Part shown: in pieces, positions 1 to 11,333 of the stretch
How the letters are laid out: each line of letters opens with the position of its first letter
How positions within the stretch are numbered: position 1 is the first letter of the stretch
Origin: Pavona decussata
Lineage: Eukaryota
Length of the DNA: 64,000 bases
NCBI GenBank assembly: GCA_977016875.1
Contig: CDRNST010000006.1
Span: forward strand, 4,836,001-4,900,000
Direction: 5' to 3'
Notes under the pieces: model-generated
Database searches by the model: none
What the model saw: the letters and a program-made list of their open reading frames with translations, nothing else
Told to the model about the DNA's origin: nothing
Translations under genes and position numbers: made by a program

Positions 1-962
1 TCGGAGAAACCGATCGGGATGACACTGGAGACGTATAGTTCAGGTCTTGAGGTTAAAAATAGATCAATTAAAGACCTTGAATTCTCTGTTATTCTGGTAG
101 GCTCTTTGATAAGTTGTTTTAGATGAAATAAATTTGTTATTCGCTTAAACTTCATTGTCGCAGTGTTTGGAGCGATATAATTGAAGTTAAAGTCTCCCAG
201 CAAAATAGTTTCAGTTTCATTGGTTGTAAGTTTGTCAAGCATTTTCCCAAGGCTGTCAGTAAAGATAGTAGCATCAGAGTCCAGTGGTTTATAGATAGCC
301 CCGACCAAAATTTTCTTTGTTTTCGGTGGTAATAGTTCGAACCAGATTGCCTCCAAGTCTCTATCTGTTGATTCATTTGGGTCTTTCAGTCGACTGTAAT
401 TCGGGTGTTCGGCGATGTAGACTGCAACTCCTCCTCCATCCCGGTTCCTGTCTCTTCTCATTATGTTATATCCCTGGAGAGAAAGTTCTTCATCCGTGAA
501 AGATTCGTCCAACCAAGTTTCGTTTAATGCTAGAATATGGGGCTTGTGTTTATCGCAGAATAATCGAAGTTCATCCAATTTATACCTTAGGCTGTGAATA
601 TTTAGATGAAATATTCGAAGTCCTTTAGTCCTAGCAGGCAGTGTAATTGCAGGGCCAGGGTTTAAAGAAACATCATTCGATAGAACAATAAGATTTGCAG
701 CTAAAGTGATGTTTAAAAGCCGGACAACTACAACGGTCTTGAGTGCTGGAGCCATGTTGGAGTGATCTTTAGGGTTTGACTTCGTTCGAATTTGAAGAGT
801 GTCTATCTTAGCTTGGTTGCAGTCCCAAGACACAGTCAGAGTGAGCAGATTTCTATTTTCCCCAATGTTTGTGATATTTCGGCCGGCAAGTTGGACCGCA
901 AGTAAGCAGAAAAGGAGGTAGATAGTCAGAGAGCGAAAAACACGTGTAGTTCGCTCTGCCAT
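1..962 (-). mobile_element. L2/CR1-group LINE 5' part: open ORF with leader, 2A-like motif and APE endonuclease (runs off window edge)
   Basis: Manual translation from ATG 962 is stop-free to base 1: MAERTTRVFRSLTIYLLFCLLAVQLAG...LSNDVSLNPGP...GLRIFHLNIHSL...ILALNETWL...RRDRNRDGGGVAVYI...IYKP...LLGDFN...EPTRITENSRSLIDL. These are APE motifs. Absent from the ORF track because no stop lies in the window. Confidence 0.9.
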
Positions 963-1067
963 TATATACCGATAAAACCTCCTCCTTATTAGTATGCGGT
1001 GTTTACATTGTTCACCCAGTGTGACTGAACTCAACTTCCCAATTTTTTGTTAATGAGAATAAGGACC

Positions 1068-1202
1068 TGAAGTGTATTCGCGGGAGGAGCAATACGACGA
1101 ACGAACAAGCAACTACAAACAGGCGCTGTGCTCAACTCAACTGTATTTGCATAATCTGCAATTCACTAACATATGTCACGTGACGTCACGCAATACACTA
1201 CA
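1068..1202 (-). repeat. Gypsy 3' LTR (135 bp)
   Basis: Near-identical to 5293-5430; adjacent polypurine tract (minus strand GCGGGGAAGA, 1203-1212). Confidence 0.95.
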
Positions 1203-1316
1203 TCTTCCCCGCACCTAGTTCACAAAACACAGTTCCTACAAGGGTAACTGATTGTTCCGTAATGTCTGTACTTGACAATCTCACAATGATCACTAAAATG
1301 CAACTTTAATCCATGT

Positions 1317-2790
1317 TCAAACAGTTACGTAGTCCTTTAAATAACTTGGGGTTCTCCTTGTGCGCTGAGACCTCCTTGCCAGGGATCTTGCGTTTGACTC
1401 TTCCATGCTAAAGGAAACAGGCTCTGTGGATGCATCCTTCTGTTCCTCTACTGCCGTGGGCGGTACCAGATTTTGCTCCGCGTGCACTGCTGACTCTGGT
1501 AGGTCGTCCTCCTCCCTTGAGGGTACGTCATGTCGTTTGAGAATGTGATCGACATGCGTACGGGTTACCACACCATCTTCACTCTTGATCGTATATGACA
1601 GTGGGCCAGTTCTGCTTCCAATATGTGCCTTCTTCCATTTGGGTCCCAGACTAAAATTCTTAACCAGAACCTTGTCCCCCTCAGCAAACTGTCGCGCTGT
1701 CCTCGTGTTGTCATGCTGCTCTTTCTGGGATGATTGTTGGTCTTCCACGCGCTGCCTTACATCAGGTCGAATGAACAGCAGCTCTGCTGGTGTAACTCCA
1801 GTTGTTGTCTGGGGTGTTGATCTATATGCCAACAAGAATCTGCTGAGTTTGGTGCGCACTGTACCTTCCAATCCTTCCAACTTTTTCATCCCATCTCTGA
1901 AAGTACGGACTGATTTCTCAACAAGACCATTAGACGAAGGGTGTCTAGGGGCAGTTTTCACATGTAAAATTCCATTTTTCGCCATAAAGTTGCCAAATTC
2001 TTTACTCGCGAATCCCGTGCCATTGTCTGAAACTAACATGTCAGGCAACCCATGAGTGGCAAAAGCTCTTCTAAGCAGCTCTATGGTAGCTGTCGCACTG
2101 GTACTGGATGTTGGATACACCTCCATCCACTTGCTATATGCATCAATCAAAATAAGAAACAATTGTCCCATAAGTGGCCCTGCATGGTCTATGTGTATGC
2201 GGGACCAAGGCTTCTCAGGCCATTCCCACGGATGAAGGGGAGCAGCGGCCGGTGCTGCCCTATGTAACTGACATACTTCACACGACTTGACCTTAGCTTC
2301 AATGTCATCATCCAACCCCGGCCACCATAGGTAGCAACGCGTCAGACTTTTCATTCTGACTATCCCTGGATGGGTGTTGTGCAAGTCCTCCAGAAGCTGT
2401 TGTTGGCCCCTAGCTGGAATGACCACACGGTTTCTCCATAAAATACATCCATTCTGTGTGCTTAGTTCGTCTTTTCTCAAATAATAAGGCTCCAGGCTTT
2501 TATCTGGACATTTATCTCCCCAGCCATGGTGGACTCTTCTTAAGACTTGCTGTAACACTGGGTCTGAAGCTGTCCAATCCGCAATGTGATCAGCACCCAC
2601 TGGCAAGGTTTCCAACCGGTCCATTAAGAGTATTGTTTCCCCAGGAGTGGGGACCCTCGCAATGGTATCTGGTAAAGGTAGCCGACTGAGGCCATCAGCG
2701 TTACCGTGGTTTTGTCCCTCTTTGTAGACCAGTTCATAGTCATAGGCTGCTAGAAGTAGGGCCCATCTTTGAATTCTTGGTGATGCCATG
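1317..2790 (-). pseudogene. Gypsy pol 3' part: RNase H end, HHCC zinc finger, integrase core (frameshifted from upstream ORF)
   Basis: ORF 1317..2900 contains RIQRWALLL, HNTHPG...C..C, RIHIDHAGP, VSDNGTGF, SNGLVEK. Confidence 0.9.
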
Positions 2791-5250
2791 GTTGGTTGGA
2801 ACAGCTTTATCTGCCTTAAACAGACCCAAAAGCGGCTTGTGGTCCATAAAAATCTTGAATTTCTGTCCGCACAGATACTGATGGAACTTCTTGAGTCCAA
2901 ATATCACTGCAGCTCCCTCCTTATCCAGTTGGGCATAATTTCGTTCAGCAGGAGATAGGGTCCTTGAGGCGTACGAGATGGGCCTTTCTTTCCCATCAAT
3001 GATGTGGGAGAGGACTGCTCCAAGTCCGTAAGGCCAGGCATCACAAGATAACACAAGTTCTTTACTGGGGTCATAATGGACTAAGAGATCTGAGGAATTT
3101 AACATGTCCTTAGCTCGGTTAAAAGCTTCCACCTGTCTTTTACCCCATGTCCATTTGCAGTCCTTGGCAAGTAGCTCATGCAAGGGGGCCAAAATAGTCG
3201 ACAAATTTGGCAAATAACAAGCGTAATAGTTCAACATCCCCAGAAAGGCCTGAAGTTCCTTGACGTTACTTGGTGCGGGTGCCTCGCGGATGGCTCTCAC
3301 TTTGCCTTCTATGGGTTGTATACCATCTCTGTTTATGCGATGCCCCAAATAAATCACTTGGTTTTGTAAGAATACACACTTCTTCAGCTTAAGGCGGATG
3401 CCTGCCTTGTCTAATCGAGTCAACACTTCCTTTAGATTCTCCAGGTGTTTGTCTCTTGTCTTGCCAGTGACAACAACTTGCGGAATTCCTTGAAGGAGAC
3501 TTTCAATCGTACCCTGGAAAATACCAGGAGCTGATGCAATGCCATATGGGAGGCGATTGTATCTAAAGAGGCCTTTGTGGGTGTTGATGGTTGCGTACTT
3601 CTTTGATTCCTCATCCAGCTCCAACTGTTGGTACGCCTGGCTTAAATCCAGCTTTGTGAACTCCATATCTCCCCCCAAGGTTGCATACAAATCTTCGATC
3701 TTGGGAATTGGGTAGTTGTCCAACTTGGCTGCTTGATTAATCGTTTGCTTGTAATCCCCACAAATCCTGATAGTGCCCTCCTCTTTAACAATGGGGACGA
3801 TGGGTGTGGCCCACTCGGAGAATTCAACTGGTTCTATAGTTCCTTCTTTGACTAGACCATCCAACTCTGTTTCAATTTTTTCACGCAGGGCATAGGCTAC
3901 AGGCCTGGATTTAAGGAATCGAGGCCTCTCCGTGGAGTCGACATAGATTTTCGCCTTCACTCCCGCCACTTTACCCAGACCCCCTTGGAAAATGGAAGCG
4001 TGTGTCTCCAACATCTCATTCAAGTCCTTATCCATGGCGGAAAGATGGAAAATTTCACTCCAATTTAAAGAAATGTGCTGAAGCCAGTTACGGCCTATCA
4101 AACATGGACCATCTCCCCTGATTACCACAGCTGGTAGAAGGCCTTTAAAACCATCATACTCTACTTCCAACTCACACTCTCCCACTACAGGAATCATCTC
4201 CCCTGTATAGGTACGCAGTGCAGTATTCACAGCTTTGTTCAGAGACAGAGTGTGGAAGGTTTTCTCATCAACAACAGTTGTTGAGGCACCAGTATCAATT
4301 TCCATTGTAACATTCACTCCATTTACTAACACTGTCACTTTGTAAGGGTTGTGGCCTCTACCTGAATTCACACAAAACAGCTCGCCATACACATCTCCCT
4401 CCTCCCCAGCATCCTCATCAAAAACATTAACAACATCCTCTAACTGGTGTAGGTTACCTGACCTCTGCTTGCCAGAATATCCCCTCTGATCATGTTTGTT
4501 TGGCTGCACATCTTGCTTTTCACCTCTCGACTGATTTTTGATGCGATTTGGACACCTGTCGGCAATGTGGCCTTTTTGTTGGCAATGGTAACAGTTCAGG
4601 TCCTTAAACCGGCATGTTTGTGCACTATGGTTCCCACCACACCGAAAACAAACCGATCTCCGCGGTATGTGACGGCCGTCCGTCCCTTCTGCCTGTACCG
4701 TTATCTTGTTTACCGACTCCGACTCCTTCGATTCCTGAAGCACTGTCATATTTTTCATTGTGACTTCCATGGCGGTTGCGATTTCATATGCCTTCAGGAA
4801 AGTCAATTTCTTTTCCACAAGCAGACGTCGTTGTATCTTCTCATCCCGGATTCCACACACAATCCTGTCTCTCAGCATTGTCTCCAGAGTATCTCCATAC
4901 TCACAGTGTTCGGCCAAATTCCTCAGCGCCGCCACAAAGTCTGCTACTGATTCTCCTTCGGTGCGAAAACCGTTGTTGAACTTAAACCTTTGTACAATTT
5001 CTGATGGCTTTGGAGCTAAATGATCCTGAATAAGCTTTACCAGTTCCTGGTACGATTTTTCTCCCGGTTTTGCTGGGGCTAGAAGGTCACACATCAACTT
5101 GTACGTCTTGCTTCCACACACACTCAACAGAATCGCCCGCCATTTCGCTTTGTCCCCCGGGGACTCATCGCCAATACCATTTGCATCAAAATAATGTCCT
5201 AAGCGCTCCGTATAATGCTCTCAAGTTTCCGTCTTCTCGTCAAATGTATC
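2740..5250 (-). pseudogene. Gypsy gag-pol 5' part: gag with two zinc knuckles, protease, RT (YxDD deleted), RNase H
   Basis: ORF 2740..5127: CFRCGGNHSAQTC, CYHCQQKGHIADRC, IDTGAST, RICGDYK, KLDLSQAY, LPYGIASAP, LSCDA, DHKPL. Confidence 0.92.
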
Positions 5251-5272
5251 TACTCTACCAAATAAAGTTTTC

Positions 5273-5290
5273 ATCCCATCCTCGTCGCCA
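5273..5290 (-). other. Primer binding site complementary to tRNA-Ser(GCT) 3' end
   Basis: Plus strand ATCCCATCCTCGTCGCCA, 2 nt from the 5' LTR; matches my recollection of the metazoan tRNA-Ser(GCT) 3' end plus CCA. Confidence 0.85.
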
Positions 5291-5292
5291 AA

Positions 5293-5430
5293 TGAAGTGT
5301 ATTCGCGGGAGGAGCAATACGATGAACGAACAAGCAACTACAAACAGGCGGCCATGTGCTCAACTCAACTGTATTTGCATAATCTGCAATTCACTAACAT
5401 AGGTCACGTGACGTCACGCAATACACTACA
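5293..5430 (-). repeat. Gypsy 5' LTR (138 bp)
   Basis: Direct repeat of 1068-1202, followed by TSD GGACC. Confidence 0.95.
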
Positions 5431-7398
5431 GGACCTGAATGTCTTTTCACGTAAGTTAATGTCCCTGTACAGACAAGTTGCAACTGTTCATACAAACCAG
5501 GTAGCTCTATTTACAATAATGTTAAGCAATCTTCTTCTGTTGTTAGATCTTCATAAGCTATCCTTTCCAGTTGCAAAATTTTCTCATTTAAAAATTTCTT
5601 AAGGGATGAAGCTGTTTTCCTTGTGCATGTTTCATTTGTACATTCTAATTAAACTGACCAATATTACAGGAATAACTGGCGCCACGCAACAATTTAAACA
5701 GAGGGAGAATTCCATAAAATAAACGTGCTGTTTCATTCATAACTATGCTTTTACCATTTAATACGCATAAAATGTGGGACAAATACTCTTAATAAGTTTA
5801 CATGTACATCAAAATTCAAGTCAATCTCGAGAAATGAGCTTAGATTTTGGGCTTTCACAATGGCAGTCGTGAAACACCGCATGACTTCTAGTTTCTTCAG
5901 AACTGAAGAAGAATTGAAATTGAAATCTCCCCTTTTGTCGGCGTACAATATCTTCCTGAGATGACGAAAACCATAATCTTCGCTACAATACAAGTCATAT
6001 TCCTTACCACATACACTCGCTGGGAAAATCTCAGCTGAGCTGAAAACATGTTGCTCCCAATTTCAATACAGACGGCTCTACTAATCTAAAACAAAGCTGA
6101 CACCTCATTCCAACGGTCTTGATTAATAGCAGTGTTCAAACTTTGTACTACCGCAAAAAAAACATGCAGTAAATAAACAATAACTAAATACGACTGGTTT
6201 CCAAAGTCGAGTCGCCACAGACAAAATGGCACAAATCCTTCACATTTCGCGCATGCTCGTTATGGTTTTCGAATGCTTGACAGATTTCTTTACTGGGGCG
6301 ATCGTTTCTTTCTGAAAAGCGGTAAGATCGAAGGTAGCTGCCTGACCCCCCCCCCCCCCCCCTGAAATGACCTAGGTCCTGATAAATTTTGTTTTAGAGC
6401 ACAATGGACAATCATTCAAAACGTGAATGGCTGGAGATATTTAATTTTTATTAGAAAAGCGTTTTTGTTTGATGTTTTCTCTTAAAACCGTCGCCTACAT
6501 GTCAAATCTTTGCTTTTTTCATGAAAACGATCACATGACATGTCACGTGATTTATAGCACAACTACATGTATTATGCTAAGAAATGTTAAGGATGATTCG
6601 ACCTTTTTATCTGCCTAATTTCAGTTCAGTATCATTCAATTTGTTGAAGTTATCCCGAATAAACATTTTTTCCCCTTAAAAGCCCTTAACCAAGGCCTTA
6701 AACTGCTTGAGTAGCAGCTCATTAAATATGCCCAATAAAAATATTTTCTCCCAAAAAGAAAAGATCAGTCCTAACATGAAGTATTACAAATCAACATCAG
6801 ATACTGAGCTTGATTTGAAAAAAGCCTTTTCTTGTTAGGGAAAGGGAAGAGGGGCAAGGAGCAGGGGGACCTGATCTCAGGTTAGGGACCATTGACTCCA
6901 AACTGTACTACAATTTGCTCAATCTACATTATTTGTGGCTGAAGAGAATGGTTGAAAAATCTAAGCGTCATAGAGTTTGGTACAAAGCGGCCGCTTATTA
7001 ACCCGTTATGACTTTCTTGCTACTGTTTAACTGATTTGGCCGGAAAAGTGGAGTACCTCCAAGTTAATATCCTTACATCTTAACCAGTTAAACTGGAAAT
7101 TTGGGGTAAATGGAAAGCGACCCAGAAGACGATTTAAAGGCCACTATTTCTCGGGCATGGTGGTATGGTTGATCCAATTGCCACTAAAACGAAACAAAAC
7201 CGCGGGATTGCATGATCAATCGGATAATCCAGTTTTTAATAAGGCAATTCCCTTTTATGCGTACCTATCGCACTTGTAAACATTCTTGCCCTTATTATAA
7301 TTATGCTTCTTTCGAACGTGTATTAAAACCAGCATCAACAAATAACTTAATTAAGCTTAAAATTAACATGTACATTTAAGCTTATTATTACTGCCTAC

Positions 7399-7684
7399 CT
7401 GAAACAATGAATTCACCACCATTATTGGAGAACTCTATCGCATTAACACAGCCGAAATGACCCAGTAAATGATGGTGGTAGAGACCAGAGGAGCGACGGA
7501 AGAGATCTGACATGTAACTCTTGTGTACAATGGGGCACCCATATAATTCTGCCAAGTTTTGATACTGAGGAAAGCTCGAAATATATGTATCACGTTTTCG
7601 ATCAGCGGGAACACTGTCTATTGACATTACTGTGGCTGGCCTACTTTTTGAAACAAAACTTGTCCGCGGCCATCCGATATGCAT
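7399..7684 (-). CDS. DCAF5: DDB1- and CUL4-associated factor 5 (WDR22), first coding exon; rest of gene beyond the left edge
   Basis: LLGHFGCVNAIEFSNNGGEFIVSG matches the DCAF5 first WD40 repeat; GT donor (G|GTAGGC) at 7398. First in-frame ATG is 7684; the ORF track start at 7777 is TTG. The true start is uncertain. Confidence 0.85.
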
Positions 7685-7855
7685 CCCTGGCAAGCGCAGA
7701 TTGGCGAGGAGAAGAGGAATGGGACCAGTTTCAAAAACAGAAGCGGTTACCAAGCTGTTGTTGCCAGGATGATTCAAACAAAAAGTTGGTTAGTGAAACA
7801 CCTTCTCTGGTACCTTAGGTTAGCTTACTCTATCCTTGGTAAGCTTATCCTTAAT
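7685..7855. promoter_or_regulatory. Compact divergent DCAF5/DRC7 region with a possible RFX X-box-like site (GTTGCCAGGATGAT, 7760-7773)
   Basis: The divergent ATGs are about 170 bp apart; a GTTGCC half-site lies about 90 bp upstream of a motile-cilia gene start. Confidence 0.45.
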
Positions 7856-7920
7856 ATGGAAGCACTACAAAAGGAGTTAGCTAAAATTCAAGTCACTGCT
7901 CCCGATGTCAATTTGCTGCC
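7856..7920 (+). CDS. DRC7: Dynein regulatory complex subunit 7, coding exon 1
   Basis: ATG EALQKELAKIQVTAPDVNLL(P), donor GTAAGT at 7921; phase 2 fits the next exon. Confidence 0.75.
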
Positions 7921-8380
7921 GTAAGTAAATTTAGGCTGCGTTCTTTTCATAAAAACCGTAAGCTTAATTCGCATCAGGTTTTTCACGAGAACGCCGCGCC
8001 ATATCCAGTAAAGGATCGATTTACGACATCAAGTCAAGCAATTACTCAAGTTTATAACGAAGAAAGTCTGCTTTTTCACTAAAGCAGGACATCAGGAACT
8101 TGTAAGAAATGGTAAATGACCTGCAGCGTGCAACACTTCCCAAATATGGTCATGGTGCACTGAATGTTCGTCGTCCGTAGTCAACAGTGAGACTTCCTGC
8201 GATAAACGTAATTTCGTGTGTTGGGGAGAAAGATGACAAAATGAAGAATGTCTCCAGCTTAGCATCTCTATATTCTGGAGTTCCTTAGCAAACCTCCAAA
8301 GTGCAGCTATATACATGTAGGAGGGCTTAACTAAAGGGATCTGGGTAACTGCATACTCTGATCAGCTGATTGCCTCCTTA

Positions 8381-9746
8381 CCAGTAGGTAGCAAATCGAT
8401 AATATTCGATAAAACTCGGTAGAAATTAGTTAACCATATCGGAAATTGATAAAAATGGATAGAAAACTTCCTTGTGAGTAATCAATATATATTGATTTTC
8501 AATTAGCATTATCGATTTTATCAATAACTATCGATTTTATCAATACTTATACAGTCGAACCTCGATTATCTGGACTATTTGATTATCCGGACTTTTTTCT
8601 CTGGTCCCAATTGCCATGAATATTAATTAGTTGAGATGTTTTGAACTCAAAGTCGCAAAAAGCCCAATAAAACTTTCAAAAGACTGTTGAAACAGCGTAT
8701 TATCCTGTGCACTTTTCAAAATTTGCAAGTGCGACGAGACAAAGAAATATTCTGATGTGTTCAGCTGATATCTGATTGGTTCAATTGTTTTGTGGCCAAG
8801 GGAATTTCATGCTTGATTAGTTCCTTCCGTGTGAGTTTTGTAAACACATGAGCGATCGATCATAAACTCAAGTCAAAAACATGTCTAGAAAGCGAAAGCC
8901 GTTGTATCGATTAAAGATAAGCAGATAATTATTTCACGTTTGGATAAAGGAGAAAAAGGAACAAATTTAGCTCAAGAATTTGGCATCAGAAAGCAGCAGG
9001 TATCTGACATACGGCAGAACAAAGACAAGATCCTAAAATTTACTGACCGCATCGAGACAAGCGAAGGATTAAAATGAAAGTCCCTAAAGCTGGCCGGCTG
9101 ATGATGAGCAGTTGGATAAAGCCCTGTACGCCTAGTTTATTCAACAAAGATCTACTGGGAAACGGATTTCATATTTAAAGTCATGTTTTCTTTGCTATAA
9201 CCTTTTCTTTACATTTCTATCTCATTAATATTCATATTTTCGATTATCCGGACTCTCGATTATCCGGACTATTTACTGCGGTCCGGAGGTTCGACTGTAG
9301 TTTATCTTACAATTTATCGAAATAAAATCAACAAAGGATTAATAAACAAGCTTGCAAAATCTTGAAAAATAATCACTCCAAAACTTGTACGACAGGACTA
9401 GCATAAAACGTATCCTTCAAGTAAATTATCGGTACATCCCCTTTACAAATTCGATGGTCTGGCCGGCCAGGTCTGAAAAATCGAAAGCCCCCCATGTTAT
9501 GGAGTCTTCGCTGGCACCTTCAAAATCTACATAACTAGAGTCACAATCATATGCTGCCTCAACAAATAAACAAACAAATACCAAATAAAATAAAATCTAT
9601 AACCAGTTAAAACTTCACCAGTGTGTGAGTATCGACTTTTATCAATTGATCAATAAAATCGATAACATTTAATCTCATTTTATGGATTGATATTGATTTA
9701 TCGAATGGTTTTCCAATATCAATTGTTATTGATTTGCCACCCCTGG
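8381..9746. mobile_element. Degenerate TIR element (hAT-like) hosting a Tigger/pogo insert
   Basis: Imperfect TIRs CCAGTAGGTAGCAAATCGATAA / TTATTGATTTGCCACCCCTGG; ATCGAT-rich subterminal repeats. Confidence 0.5.
8552..9297 (+). mobile_element. Tigger/pogo internal-deletion derivative
   Basis: TIR CAGTCGAACCTC...GAGGTTCGACTG, TA TSD; broken CENP-B-type HTH frame from 8881 (MSRKRK...RLDKGEKGTNLAQEFGI...QVSDI...DEQLDKALYA). Confidence 0.85.
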
Positions 9747-11167
9747 CATAGATCTACGAGGAGGATTTAGAAATAGATGGTGGTAAAAATGCTTTTAACA
9801 AAAGTTTCAACTGGTAAGTTAACAACATTTTTCATGGTGCAGAACATCTATGATAATAATAATTGTGCAGGATGCCCGCAAGGCAGACCGCCTCAAGTTT
9901 ACGGTCGGGTTTCTATATATTTTTTCTTCGTTGTAGGTTCAAATCTGCATATTAATTTACACATTAAACTCTGCTCTCTCCTAGAAGGGATCTATTATAA
10001 TTCTGACTGTCTTCAACAAAAACGGCCCAATCAAAATCCATTATCGGCACATATATCGTGAGGGAGGAGACCCACTCATCCCTACCTGTGTGACGTCATA
10101 GCAAATCATCATTTGAAAGGTTGTTTTTCAATGGCGGCCATATGTATGGAATTGGATTTAAGACTCTGATCTGCCGTTTTCAGAAAGAAAACAAACCACT
10201 TTCAAGCGGTAAATCGAAATAATAACTTCTAAGTAGTACATGTACTTGACAGTTTAAATGGTGGAAATTGTAGAGTTCACAGCAAAGAAATAACGCTTTG
10301 GCAAACAGATTGGATAATTCAATGCGAAGGAAGCCAGACCAGTTTGTAACAGGGTTGTCTGTTTGCTAAGTGGGAACCTAACTACTATACAGGGGAAAGC
10401 ATTAATATTTTGTTAAGAAGAATTAACCTTGTGCCTTATACGGATGCTTTGATACTTACGTTTTCACCTTTTATTTGGAGACAGGAACCGTTTCTACATT
10501 GATTATTTTTCAATAGTAAGCATGAATTAGATCCCCTTATCTGTATCTGTCAGTGTTACTCAGCGCCCAGCGGGGTCATGACAAATATATCAGAAAGTAA
10601 CTTCCGGTATGATTTCCAGTAACACAACGATAAAATATCACACAGTCTTTCTGAATAAAACTATTCAGACAATTATTTCAATTGCGAAGGGAGGATAGTT
10701 ATAAAAATCTGCAAAGCATACAATGGGAATAAATGAGGCCACATTAAGCATCCTGTGAAAATGCCATTAGGGGCATCTTGTTTATATTATAAATTTATTC
10801 CATTAGTTTCAAATTATAGTAGTACACAAACTTGGCATCTTATTGGCTTATTAGGTCATGTCATCATCTTGATATTTTCTTGGAGTAACGTAGATTTTTT
10901 GTTAAATTTGCTCATTAAATATATTAAGAATCGTGGTAATTATTATCATTAAACTATTTACCAAAATCTTATGTTATTTGAAAATTATCCCAAAAAGGTT
11001 TGTGATCAGCAGTTTATTTTAACTTTTCACAGCTAACTTGGTGTCTGGTCTACAGCTGGTCATAAATACTCAGGCCCATGCCCAAGCTGCCACTTAGCTT
11101 AAGTATACCGGTATCTCTATCTGTTGATCTTTATCAGACTTATGAAATTATATTGCGCTCTTTTCAG

Positions 11168-11333
11168 AAACAAGGATGTGGACCATAACACATTGCCTGA
11201 ATCATACAAAGAAAACACCCTCAAGGAGAAGCTTGTGTTGTCTTTTTGTGAAAATTTTAGAAGGCAATTTGTACACCTCTACCGTGACCGCAAGCCATTG
11301 CTGTTAAATCCCCTTAACGAGTGTGGAATAGAG
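11168..11333 (+). CDS. DRC7: DRC7 coding exon 2
   Basis: ttttcag acceptor; NKDVDHNTLPESYKENTLKEKLVLSFCENFRRQFVHLYRDRKPLLLNPLNECGIE; GT donor; similar to the human DRC7 N-terminal region. Confidence 0.93.

Larger units (their letters stand above)
1068..5430 (-). mobile_element. Full-length Ty3/Gypsy LTR retrotransposon (Mag-like, short LTRs), defective
   Basis: TG...CA LTRs at 1068-1202 and 5293-5430; 5-bp TSD GGACC on both sides; PBS and PPT present; gag-pol order CCHC-PR-RT-RH-IN. Confidence 0.96.

Noticed and set aside
5273-5290. tRNA gene
   Set aside because: Only 18 nt matching a tRNA 3' end including CCA, next to an LTR: a primer binding site.
1585-5402. Several plus-strand ORFs over the Gypsy element (similar ones overlie the BEL)
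   Set aside because: Antisense shadows of the pol reading frame with no independent motifs.
5751-5993. 80-aa minus ORF as DCAF5 exon 2
   Set aside because: Lacks the expected GDDRRVLLW continuation and any WD40 features; no convincing DCAF5 exon 2 was found in the window.
7685-7777. N-terminal extension of DCAF5 from the ORF track
   Set aside because: Starts at TTG (bacterial-style start) just after an in-frame stop; not supported for a eukaryotic gene.
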